Assembly (NCBI GenBank): GCA_014905635.1
Contig: JABVCE010000011.1
Span: 930,001 to 994,000, forward strand
From: Scenedesmus sp. PABB004
Lineage: Eukaryota
DNA: 64,000 nucleotides
Direction of reading: 5' to 3'
How positions within the stretch are numbered: the stretch's first letter is position 1; each line of letters starts with the position of its first letter. Made by a program: the position numbers and the translations under genes. Shown one piece after another: positions 13,072-27,591 of this stretch. Under the pieces are notes generated by a model, which did no database searches, had not been told where the DNA came from, and worked only from the letters and a program-made list of their open reading frames with translations.

Positions 13072-13487
13072 GCCGCGGGCGGCCCGCCCGCCGCCCCCGC
13101 CCCCCACCCACCACGCACGGCCAGCAGCAGCAGGTCGCCCCGACGGCGGCGCAGATGGCAGCGGCCGGCGCCGCAGGCGGCGGCGCGACGCAGACCCCCA
13201 GCCGGCCCGGCTGCCAGGTGGGCAGCTCGCGGCGGGGCTGCGCCACGCGCCTGCCGCGCCGCGCGCCTGCCGCGCCGCGCGCCGCCGCGCGTGCCAACGC
13301 GCTGCGCTCCGCGCCGCCGCGCAGGGCCGTCCGCGCTTGCCGGAGCGAGCCGCCGGGCCGCAGCCTGCGCCACAGCGATGCGCTGCCCCAGCGCAATGCC
13401 CGTCCCAGCGCGCCGGCTGGCCCGGACCCAGGGCACGCGCCGCGACGCGCGCGATTCGAGGCCGCCGCAGAACCGCCGGCTGCGTCA

Positions 13488-13492
13488 TGTAA
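13488..13492 (+). promoter_or_regulatory. TGTAA polyadenylation signal (RbfA gene)
   Basis: Chlorophycean signal downstream of the stop codon. Confidence 0.55.
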
Positions 13493-13720
13493 CGCCCTTG
13501 TTGCGCTGCCCGCCCGCACACCGCTGCTCGTCTCTCCGTGCGCTCGCCCCCTGCCGCGCTCGCACGCAGCCCTCGTGCCGCAGCGGCGGCGACGCTCGAA
13601 ACTGCTCGCCGCGCCGCCGCCGCGGCGCCGCACGCCCAGCGCCCCCGCCGGTGGTCGTGAACGCGCGATCTTGCGGGCGGGCAGGCGGCGGGAAGGCGCG
13701 CACTGCAACGGTCGCCGCGA

Positions 13721-15937
13721 ATGGAGCAGCGCGCGGCGACGCCGTCCCCCGACTCGTTCTTCGCCCAGCCTCTGACGGTGGAGATGCTGCGGAGCGACAG
13801 CGCCACGCCCCTTGCCTCGCCGGCGCACCTGCCCGCGCTGCGCGGCGCCGCGCCCTCGCCACTGGGCCGCGCTGCGCTTTCTCCGCCGCCGAGCCAGCAC
13901 GCCGGGCCGCGTGCCACCCTTGACGGCGCCGCCGCCGCCGCCGCCAACGGTGCCGGCGACGCGGCGGAGCTGCTGCGGGCGCTGCTGCTGCAGCAGGCGC
14001 CGGCGGCGGCGCCGACGGCGGCGGCGCCGAGCGTGCAGCAGCTGGCGCAACAACTGCTGGCGGCACTGGCTGCGCCGGCCCCGGCGACCGAGGGCGGGCA
14101 GGTCGCCGCCGAGGCTGCGGCGCTGGCCGTGGGCACGCCGCCGGCGCCGCCCACCGACGGCGGCGGCGAGGCGGCGCTGCGCCTGCTCGCCGCGGGCGCG
14201 GCCTGGGGCTCACGAGACAGCTCCGGCGGCGGCCTCGCACCGGCGACGCCGTTTGCGAGCGGCGGCGGGGGCGCGGCGCTGCAGGCGCCGCCTGGCGCCC
14301 TGCTGGCGGTCCAGCAGCACCCGGCGATCGCCTGGCAGCTCACCTCAGGCCTGGAGCAGCAGGCCGCGCAGCTCACGGCCGGCGGTCTCGTTGGACCAGC
14401 TGTGCTCGTTCCGGCGCTGTTCGCGCCGCTGCAGCCGATGCACCCCGCGACGTTCGCCGCCGCCGCGCACTGGCAGCAGCAGATGCAGCAGCAGCAGATG
14501 CAGCAGCAGATGTGGCAGCAGATGTGGCAGCAGATGCAGCAGCAGCCGGCGGGCGCGCACTGGACGCCGGCGGCGTGGCCGGCCGAGGCGGGCGGCCTGC
14601 GCCCACAGGCGACGGCGGAGAGCGTGGCCTCGGACGCTGCGTCCGTGGCGGCCGGCGACGCGCCCCGCGGCGCGGCGGCTGCCTGGCCGCCGACCGGGCC
14701 CCGCGCCGCTGGCGGCGAGCTGGCGCCCTGGGGTGTCGCGTGGGCGGCGCGGCAGGGCGCCGGGCTCGCGGTCCGCAGCGCCACCGCGGTGGCGCAGGCC
14801 CACGTGTGGGCTGCCCACACGGCCCTGCTGGCGCTCCTGTGGGCCCTCCTGGGCGCCTCGGCGGCCGCGACGTGCGCCGCGGCCGCGTCGTGGCAGGCGG
14901 CCGCCCTCGCGGCGCGCGAGGCGCGGCTCTTCACCAGCGCCGCCGCGCGCGTGGCGTTTAGCGACCTGCGCGCGCTGCCGGCGCAGCTTGCGGCGGGCCC
15001 GCTGCTGCTCGGCGCGCCCGGCGGCCCGTCCGGCGGCGGCGACGCCGGCTCTGGCGACGGCGGCCGCCTGGTGCGGCGCGGCTCCTGGTCCTGGCTGGCC
15101 GGCGCGGCGGCCAGCGGCGGCGGCAAGCCGGCGACCCCAGGAGCCCTGCTCGACAGCGTCTCGGTCGTGAGCGGCCTGTGGGTGGGGATGGGCGTGAAGC
15201 TGGCGCTGCTGCTGATGCTTCACGCGCCGGGCGGGGCGGCTGGCATCTGGCTGCGTGCTGCCGCACAGGGCCTGACCGCGTGCGCGGTCGCGGCGCGCGC
15301 GACCGCGGCGCAGCTCGCGGCGCTCGCGTGGGTGCTCGCGCGCTGCAGCGTGGCCACAGCGCGCGCGTGGCGCGCCGCCGCGCCGCCGCTCGGCGGCGCG
15401 GCGGACGGGTCGGGCCTGCATGCGGCGGCGCGCGTCGCACTGCTCCTGTGCGGCGGCGCCGCGGCGGCCTGGCGCTTTGCCGCCGCACCCGCGCTCGTGG
15501 CGGGCCACGCCCTGCTCGCGTCCAGCGCGGCCGCCGTCCCCGGCGGCCGGCTCGCGCTGCAGCTGCTCGTTGCCTGGGCGGCGGCGGCCGGCGCCGTCCT
15601 GGGCGGCGCCGCGCGCGCGGCGCACTGGCTCGCCACCGCCGACGACGCGGCGTGGGCGGCTGTCAGTGCGCAGGGCTTGGCGGCCGGCGCGGCGACGTGG
15701 GCGGCCGGCGCCGCGGGTGAGCTCGGGCGGCAGCTGGTGCCGGCCGCGGAGCGCGGCGTGGCCGCAGCGGCCGCCTGGGCGCTCGCGGGCGCGCCGCCCG
15801 TGGCGCAGGCGGCGGCGTGGGGCTCGGCGAGTATGCTGCGGCGCCTGGTCGCGGAGGCCGCGCAGCAGTCCTGGCTGCTCGCGGCGGCGCTGGTCGGCGC
15901 GTGGCGCGCGCAGCAGGCGCGCGAGCAGCGGCGCTGA
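13721..15937 (+). CDS. Hypothetical intronless 738-aa protein with a Gln-rich tract and a hydrophobic Ala/Leu/Trp-rich C-terminal half
   Basis: ATG-initiated ORF with CTG/GCG codon usage and TGTAA at 16127. No recognisable domain. Confidence 0.55.
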   Translation: MEQRAATPSPDSFFAQPLTVEMLRSDSATPLASPAHLPALRGAAPSPLGRAALSPPPSQHAGPRATLDGAAAAAANGAGDAAELLRALLLQQAPAAAPTAAAPSVQQLAQQLLAALAAPAPATEGGQVAAEAAALAVGTPPAPPTDGGGEAALRLLAAGAAWGSRDSSGGGLAPATPFASGGGGAALQAPPGALLAVQQHPAIAWQLTSGLEQQAAQLTAGGLVGPAVLVPALFAPLQPMHPATFAAAAHWQQQMQQQQMQQQMWQQMWQQMQQQPAGAHWTPAAWPAEAGGLRPQATAESVASDAASVAAGDAPRGAAAAWPPTGPRAAGGELAPWGVAWAARQGAGLAVRSATAVAQAHVWAAHTALLALLWALLGASAAATCAAAASWQAAALAAREARLFTSAAARVAFSDLRALPAQLAAGPLLLGAPGGPSGGGDAGSGDGGRLVRRGSWSWLAGAAASGGGKPATPGALLDSVSVVSGLWVGMGVKLALLLMLHAPGGAAGIWLRAAAQGLTACAVAARATAAQLAALAWVLARCSVATARAWRAAAPPLGGAADGSGLHAAARVALLLCGGAAAAWRFAAAPALVAGHALLASSAAAVPGGRLALQLLVAWAAAAGAVLGGAARAAHWLATADDAAWAAVSAQGLAAGAATWAAGAAGELGRQLVPAAERGVAAAAAWALAGAPPVAQAAAWGSASMLRRLVAEAAQQSWLLAAALVGAWRAQQAREQRR

Positions 15938-16126
15938 CGCGAGCGCGGGCCGGCGTCGTCGCATTGACACGAGTGCTTCACATCGACTCGCGCGGACGAC
16001 GCGGGCCGGTCGTGCCCAGGCACGGTGTACACCACATGTGGTGCCGCGATGTCGTCCGACCCGCCTCCCGTTTCGCCCCCTGCGGGACTTTCGTTCGCTG
16101 CCCTTGCTCCCCAAGCTCGTGCGTTG

Positions 16127-16131
16127 TGTAA
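16127..16131 (+). promoter_or_regulatory. TGTAA polyadenylation signal (gene at 13721)
   Basis: 190 bp after the stop codon. Confidence 0.6.
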
Positions 16132-16239
16132 CAGACCCCCAGCCGTGCACGCGCGGGCTGCGAGTCGTCGCGCCCGCCGGACGGGCTCGCCGAGCCCTGT
16201 CGTCGCTGTTTGGGTCAGCCCCAGCCCCCGTTGGTCGGT

Positions 16240-18109
16240 TCAGCCCCACACGGCGTTCCGGCCCCAGTCGCGGCAGTTGTAGCAACCGTTGGCGCCGTAC
16301 GCGCTCGCCAAATAGGCCTGATTCGCGCCTACAGCGGTCGCGGCACCCACCGGGATGTCGCCGTTGGCGGCGGCCTCAATAGCGTACTGCGTGTTCGTGG
16401 CTGCGGGGCGGGGGCCGCGGCGGCGGGGCGGGTGAGCGCGGGGGCTTCGACGCGCGGCACACAGCGCGTTTTCGGCCGGGCCGCCGGCCGCCGCGCGGCG
16501 CACACGGCACGACCTGGGTCCCGCACCCGCGATGGAGTTGGCGGTCATCTGGTTGAACCCCCGGTTGCCGCCGCCGTTGTAGCCGCGGCCGTAGCCGCCG
16601 CGCAGCAGCCTGCGGCGCCCGCCCGCCGCGGGCTTGGCCGCGCCCGCGCCCGCGGCGGGGAGCTTGGGCTGCAGGCTCCCCGACACGCCCTGGAGCACCG
16701 CCTGCCCCGCCCAGATGTTGAAGATCGTCACGTTGGCGGCGGGGCCCACCTCCGGCGTGACCCGCACGAGCGGCACGCCGCCCTTGGCCCTGCGCGCGGC
16801 GGCGGCCGCGGCAGCGCGTCGGCGCGTCGGCGCGTGGGCCGGGCCGCCGCCACCCGAGCGGCCGCGCGGGCCGCCCCGGTGGCGGGGCGGTGGCGGCGCC
16901 GCGCCGCGCCGCGCCGCGGCTCACGCGGCGGGCGTGACCGCGATGCCGAGGCTGTGCCCCTCGAGCAGCGTCGGCAGCGAGCCCGACTTGAGGCTGTCCG
17001 GCACCGAGCGCGCGCCCTTCACAAAGTGGTACAGCAGCTCCTCGCGCTTCTGCGCGGCCGGCATGGACGCCCACTGCGCCCTGCGCGCCGCCGTGAGCGC
17101 CGCGTTCTCTGCGCGCCCGCGAGGGGCGGGCGGGCGAGGCGAGGTGAGAGGGCGCGCCGCGCGTGTGAGGGCGTGCGCGGCCGGCGGCCACCGCGCGGGC
17201 GCCCGCCGCCGCCGCTGCCGCCGCCGCCAGCGCCGCCAGCGCCGCCGGCTCGCACCCGGGACGAACATCGTGACGTCGCCCGACTTGCCGGCCGGCCAGC
17301 CCGCCGCCTCGGCGAGCGCCGCGGCGGCCGACCACTGGGGATAAAACTCGAGCGCGCCGAGCCCGGAGGTGAAATAGCCGCCCGACATGAGCACGGCGTC
17401 GATGGGCAGGATCGACACGCGCTTAATGAGCACCGGCTTGGTCGTGAGCGTCACGTTGTTGCCCTGGCTGTCCTCCACCCACACCTTGGGCGCGCCGCCG
17501 GGTCCGCCGGTCGCGTTTTTCCAGAAGCGCAGGATGTAGTTCACGTCCGCCGTCAGGGCGACGGTGGGGTTGCGCGGCACGCTGTCGACGTTGACGGCCT
17601 GAAAACCCGGGATCCAGTGAAAGGCGACGACGCCGTCCACGAGCTGCTTGCGCGCAAGGAATTGCGACCGGGTCAGGCCCATGCGCGAGAGGAACGCGGT
17701 GATGGCCTCGTCGCTCGGCGCGAGCACGGTGCCGACGGTGTTCTGCGGGAAGCTCTGCGGCGTGATGCCGAGGCTCTGCACCATCGCCGTGAAGAGCGGC
17801 CGGTTCTTGGCCATCCAGCCAAACACCGTCGCCGTGTCGCCCTGGGCCTGGCGGGCGCGCGAAGGGCCGACGGCGGCAGCGCAGGTGACGCGTACGCCGC
17901 TGCTGCTGCGCGGCCGCTGCGGCGCGGCCGGCAGCGGCATCGCAGGTGACGCCGCCGCTGCTGCGCGGCCGCCGCGGCGCGCCCGGGCTGCTGGATCGCT
18001 CGCCGCGCCGCCGGGGCCGTAGAGTGGCTCATGCGCCGCTCACCGCGCTCTGCGTGACGGCCAGGGCGAGCAGCGCGAGCGCCAGCGGCGCGACCGTGAG
18101 CGCCCGCAT
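16240..18109 (-). CDS. Secreted fasciclin protein with two FAS1 domains and a C-terminal extension
   Basis: Signal peptide MRALTVAPLALALLALA. TVLAPSDEAI/FHWIPG/ILPIDAVL, then TMFVP..NAAL/LLYHFV. Four GT-AG introns. Confidence 0.85.
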
Positions 18110-18342
18110 TTGCTGCGCCCGGAAAGCGTGCGCTGCGGGGCAGGAAGGTGGGCGCGGTGCCGCGCGTCGATATCGAACAGTTATCGGCCGGCTGTCCCTG
18201 CGCCGCGCCGGTCTCGGGCTGCGAGGGAGCGGAGCGGGCGCGCTGGTGAGGCTGCCTCGCATCACCGCGGCAAACGATCCGACGACACGTCCCGGGAACG
18301 GTGATTACCCGTCCTGAGCTCAGAGGACATACCCCCGCCGAC

Positions 18343-19929
18343 TCACGCCGCCTTGGCGGCGGCGCCCGGCGGCGGCACGGGCTCCAGCCGGCGGCGCAGG
18401 AGCGCGACCCACTCCTCCCGGCTGCGCGCCGCCTGGCGGGGGCCGCAGGGCACCACGCGGTCGGCGAGCCAGCCCAGGCGGCCGGTGAAGACGGCGAGGC
18501 CGACGTCGAAGAAGCCCACGCCCCGGAACACCAGCGCTGGCGCGGGCGCGGGCGCGGCGCACGCGCCGTGCGCTGTGAGCGCGGGCTCCGCGCCGCGGAG
18601 CGCGCGCGTGCGCAGCGCCGCCGCCGCCGCCGCCGCGCACCGTCGCGCTCGTCGTGCAGCGCCAGCTGCTGCAGGAACGCCGCCGGCAGCTCGCTCCAGT
18701 GCAGCCGGCTGCGCGGGCGCGCGCGGCGCGGGCGCGCGGGTCGCCCCCGCGCGCCGCGTCGGCGCCGTGCCTCGCCCGCGCCCCGCGCCTCGCCCGCGCG
18801 CGCCCGGACGGCGCCCGCGCGCGGTGCGGTGCGCGCCTGTTGGCGTGGTGCAGAATGTGGTAGCCGTCGTTGAAGGTGCGCGCGTTGTCGGGGCAGGCGA
18901 GGCAGTTGTAGGTCAGCCTGTAGTCGTCCCGCGGCGCCGACGGGTCGACAAACACGTGCTGGCTCCTGTGCCGGCGCAGCGGGGTGGCAGCGCGGCGGCG
19001 CGTCGGCGGGCCGCGCGCCCCGTGCGCGGGCTGGCCGGCGCGGCGCTGGCCGCGGCGCGGCGCTGGCCAGCGGCCGGCTGACCAGTTGCCGAACATCAGC
19101 GCGAGCGAGGAGAGGGCGTAGGGCAGCAGCAGCGTGTAGAGCGTCGCGGCCGGGCAGCGCGCCCACAGCGCGGCGGCCGCGGCCCAGCCGGCCGCCATGC
19201 TCGCGGCGGCGCGCGCCGCGTCGGCGACGCGCCCCCGCCGCGCGGCGTAAAGCGGGAGTTCAACGCCGCTGGCGAGCGCAAAGCGCAGCCAGTAGCTGCG
19301 CGCGCGGGGCGTGGTGCGCGGGGCGTGGTGGGCGGGGCGCGGGCCGGGCGGCGGCTGAGCGGCGGGCGCGGCGCGCTCTGCGGCGTGCGGCGGCGGCGCG
19401 GCGGCCCTCGCCCGCACCGCAGGAAGCTGAGCGGGCTGTCGCGCGAAAAGCGCTCCGTCGAGGAGAGGTCCCAGCCGTCCGCGTTGTCCTCGACGTGGTG
19501 CATCACCACGTGGTGCAGGCGGTACGCGCCGCAGGGGACGCCAAAGAGCGGCGCGAGCAGGTACGGCGCGACGGCGTTGAGCGCACCGTGCTTGCAGAGG
19601 CGGCGGTGCTGCGTGAAGTGCAGCGTGAGCAGGAAGCGCTGCAGGAACAGCGCGTACGTGGTGCCCAGGTACGCCGCGCCCAGCGCGTGCGCGGCCCCCG
19701 GCGGCAGGGACGGCAGCAGCAGGTGCAGGGCCACCGCCGCGGGCACCACGGTCGCGACGACGTTGGCGAGGAGCAGCAGCGCGGGCGCGTCCCGGTCGTC
19801 CTCGAGCGTGCGCGCCAGCGGCCGCCAGAGGCACGCCGGCAGCTCGAACAGGTACTCCTGGCGGCACTCCAGGTCGAGATCGTGGCGTGCCAGCCGCGCT
19901 GCCTCGCTCGGCGCGGCGGCAGCGGCCAT
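18343..19929 (-). CDS. Membrane fatty-acid-desaturase-superfamily protein
   Basis: His boxes LHFTQH, HHVVMHH, GNW|SQH and FNDGYHILHH, with hydrophobic segments. Confidence 0.85.
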
Positions 19930-20086
19930 CGCCCACGAGAGCGGCGCTGTTGGTTTGGCCGCGGCGGCGCGCCGCGTGCGAGCTGCGCGCGGCTGGCCAG
20001 ACGACGCGGGCGGAGGGCGGGCGGCCGGCAATGATTGCCGTGCGGGCGGCGCGGCCGGCAAGAGCGCGGCGCTTTTGAAGGGCGCT

Positions 20087-20256
20087 ACGCCGCTGGAGGA
20101 GCACCACGTCAACGCGGACCTTCTCGCCCTCCGACGTCGCCATGTGGGACATACCGTGGCGCGGTGAGCGCCCGCCGCGCTCGGGGCGCCGCGCGGGACC
20201 CGCCCCGGTCGCCGGCCGCGCGTCGGGCGCGGCGCGCGCGGCGTGCCGGCCCCCGC
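20087..20256 (+). pseudogene. Duplicated fragment (end of exon 1 plus part of intron 1) of the small gene at 21508
   Basis: Near-identical to about 21587-21772. 11-bp deletion between two GGACCT copies. Flanked by GGCGCT at 20081-20086 and 20257-20262. Confidence 0.9.
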
Positions 20257-20273
20257 GGCGCTGGCCAAGGCTG

Positions 20274-21286
20274 CTACTGGTGCCCCGCGATGCGGCCGGC
20301 GACCACGGTCAGGTGGTCAAACGCGGCGTCAAAGCCGGGCCCCGGCTTGGGCGAGGCGGCGTAGAGCCCCACCTCGACGCCGCCCATGGGCAGGCCCGCG
20401 CACGCCGCCGCCAGCTCCTCCCCGTACGCCACGTTGGCCTGTCCGTCGCGGCCGACGCCCGCCGGCGACACGTCCTCGACCAGGTGGCAGATGCGCAGCT
20501 GCGTCCACTCCGCCGCGGGGCTGCCCGCGGCGCCGCTGCCGACCCGCACCGCGGCGCAGCCCGCCGCCGCGTCCGCGGCGGCGCCCCCGGGCGCTGCTGG
20601 CTGGCAGGCCTCCACGATGTAGTCGCTGCCCTCGCGCCGCACGCGCAGCGCCAGCTGCGGCCGCGGCGGCGCGGCGGCTGGCGGTGCGGGCGGTGCGGGC
20701 GGTGCGGGCGGTGCGCGGCGCGGCCCCCGCGCCGGCGCTGCGCGCTCAGGCCCCCGCGCGCCAACGCACCGTGCCGACGCTGTCGGGCACGTCCTGCGTC
20801 GACCAGTCAGAGAACCCGGCGTTGGTGACCACGACGCCGAGCTGGCTGGGGCGGCCGGGGCCGCCGTGCTCCACGCTGGCCTTCAGCCAGCAGCTCTCGG
20901 ACAGCCGCACCATGATCCCCGCCTGGTCGAAGCGGCTGGCCGGGCGCGGCGTGACGGTGGTGGCGGCGCAAAAGTCGCCGCACACGTCGCTCAGGTGCAG
21001 GAAGTGGCCGTTGTGCGGGGCAAAGCCGTAGTGCGTGCGCGACCAGTAGTCTGCGGCGCAGCGGCGGCGGTGGGCGCGCAGGCGCTGGGCGTCGCGCACC
21101 GCTGTGCTGCGCCTGCCCGATCGCGTGCTCCCACCCGTCTCCGGGTCGACGTGCACGAGCAGGCGCTGGCGGGCTCCATCCAGCTCTGCCGCCCGCGACG
21201 GTGCGCACCGCCAGCGCAGCGCGCCGCCCGGCCCCCGCCGCGGCCAGCGCGGGGCCCGCCGCTGCCAGCAGCACGGCGCCCGCCAT
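20274..21286 (-). CDS. DUF1349 family protein (concanavalin-like fold). Start uncertain, possible 1-nt frameshift near 21232-21236
   Basis: ET|DYWSRTHYGF..NGHF, FDQAGIMVR..WLKASVE, VVTNAGFSDWS, WTQLRICHL, VGLYAASP. Confidence 0.8.
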
Positions 21287-21507
21287 GCGCGCGGTGGCGG
21301 TGTTCTGGCGGCGATCGGGGCGGGACTGCGGGCGCTGCGAGCGATGAGAGGGCACGCGCAGCAAGACACCGAGGGCTTGGGGCGTGCCGCTCGGCGTGAC
21401 CGTCTCCGGCGCCCGCGCTCGCTCTCCGTAATTCCCTGCCGACGCCGCCCCGGCCCGGCATCGCACAGCAGCACCCAGCCGGCCGCAGGCAGCTGTCGGC
21501 GCGCGGG

Positions 21508-21935
21508 ATGTCGACGCCCTTCAGCCAGGCCGCGGCGCACAGCGCGGCCAAGCCGATCCCCCCCGCGCCCGGCGCCACGGCGCACCCGCCGCCGGAGGAG
21601 CACCACGTCAACGCGGACCTCTACAGGACCTTCTCGCCCTCCGACGTCGCCATGTGGGACATACCGTGGCGCGGTGAGCGCCCCGCCGCGCTCGGGTCGC
21701 CGCGCGGGACCCGCCCCGGTCGCCGGCCACGCGTCGGGCGCGGCGCGCGCAGCGTGCCGGCCCCCGCAGCGCACGCACGGCCCACCCGCGCTCGCCGCTG
21801 CTGCTCCGCGCGCGCCGCCGCCGCCGCCGCTGCGGCCGCCGCCGCTCAGGAAGCAACAAGGCCGCCTCCGGCTCCGCCAGCGGCCTCTCCAAGACGCCGT
21901 CTGGGCTCTGGAGCCGCCTGTTCGGCAAGAGCTGA
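21508..21935 (+). CDS. Small 83-aa protein of unknown function, 2 exons (21508-21673, 21850-21935)
   Basis: Clean GTGAG..CAG intron joins ..DVAMWDIPWRG to SNKAASG..GLWSRLFGKS*. Confidence 0.7.
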
Positions 21936-22806
21936 TGACGGCGCGCCGCGAGAGGCGCGCGCGCGCAAGAGGCGCCGCCGGCAGCTGAGCAGCGGCCGAG
22001 CAGCGGCCGAGCAGCGGCCGCACCGCAAGCAAGCGGCTGAACAGCGGCCGCACGACAAGCGTCGCTGGCTGAGGCTGGAGAAGAAACAGTAGGAGGGGGG
22101 GACTGACTGCCGGGGCCGTCCGCGGCGGCCCCGCGCGCGCGCGCCTGCCTGCGACGTGTGCACGTGGGGCGCCCCCACGACCCGGGCGGTGCCTGCTGCC
22201 CGGCGCGGCCCTTTTTGTTTGCCGGCAGCCTTGCGTGCCAGCCGTGCCGTGTGCTGGTCGGGTCTGGCGATTCGTCGATGGCCGGCCTGGTGGCGCTTGC
22301 CCGCAGCCGCCGCGTGATACGTGACACGTGCACGCGCAGCAGCAGCTGGAGCTGAGGGCACCCGCGCGGGCGGGCTGGGCGCCGGCGGCAGCACTGTGCC
22401 TGCCGCGCGACATTCTTTTGCCCCGCGCGCCACGCGCCGCACGTTGTACCATATCAGCTTGTGCAGCGGAGGACTGTGGCTGCGGGACTTTTCTTGAGCA
22501 CTTGGACCTGAGGTGGCATTGTGTCGGCAGCGGCACCTGCGTGCCCACGTCCCGGGCGTGCGGGCGGTTGCGCTTTCTCGTCGTAACAGGCTGTTCGCGG
22601 GCGACGCGGGCGAGCGGCCCAGGCGGCCCGATCACTCCCTGCCGCCGCCGTTCCCTGGCTCCGCGCGGCCCGCCTGGCGACCTGTGCACGACGCCGCCGC
22701 GGTCCAGCACAGCAGCAGCGGCGCCGAGAAGCGAGGCCGTTCGTTGCCGGCCGCCTCTGCCGTGGACTGCAGGATGCTGGTGGTGTCGACCGGTGCCGCC
22801 TCGTGA

Positions 22807-27354
<4,548 letters not shown>

Positions 27355-27577
27355 GGCGCCGCGCCGCCCCCGTGCGGGGCACTGGGGCAGGACGCGGCGG
27401 AGGAGGACTGCCGGGCGTGCGGCGCCCAGCGCGGCGGCCGCACCTTGCACTCTGGCAGCATAGTATTCGCAACGGCGCGTTGCTTCGTTGGCGGCGCGAG
27501 CTGCCGCATAGCCGGGGGGAGGGCAGCGGGCTGCAGCTGTCGACGCGCGGCGCGGCGCGGCCAAGCGGCGTGCCCAC

Positions 27578-27582
27578 TGTAA
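27578..27582 (+). promoter_or_regulatory. TGTAA polyadenylation signal (aspartyl protease gene)
   Basis: About 225 bp after the stop codon and 10 bp from the convergent SET stop. Confidence 0.6.
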
Positions 27583-27591
27583 GCGGTCGGT

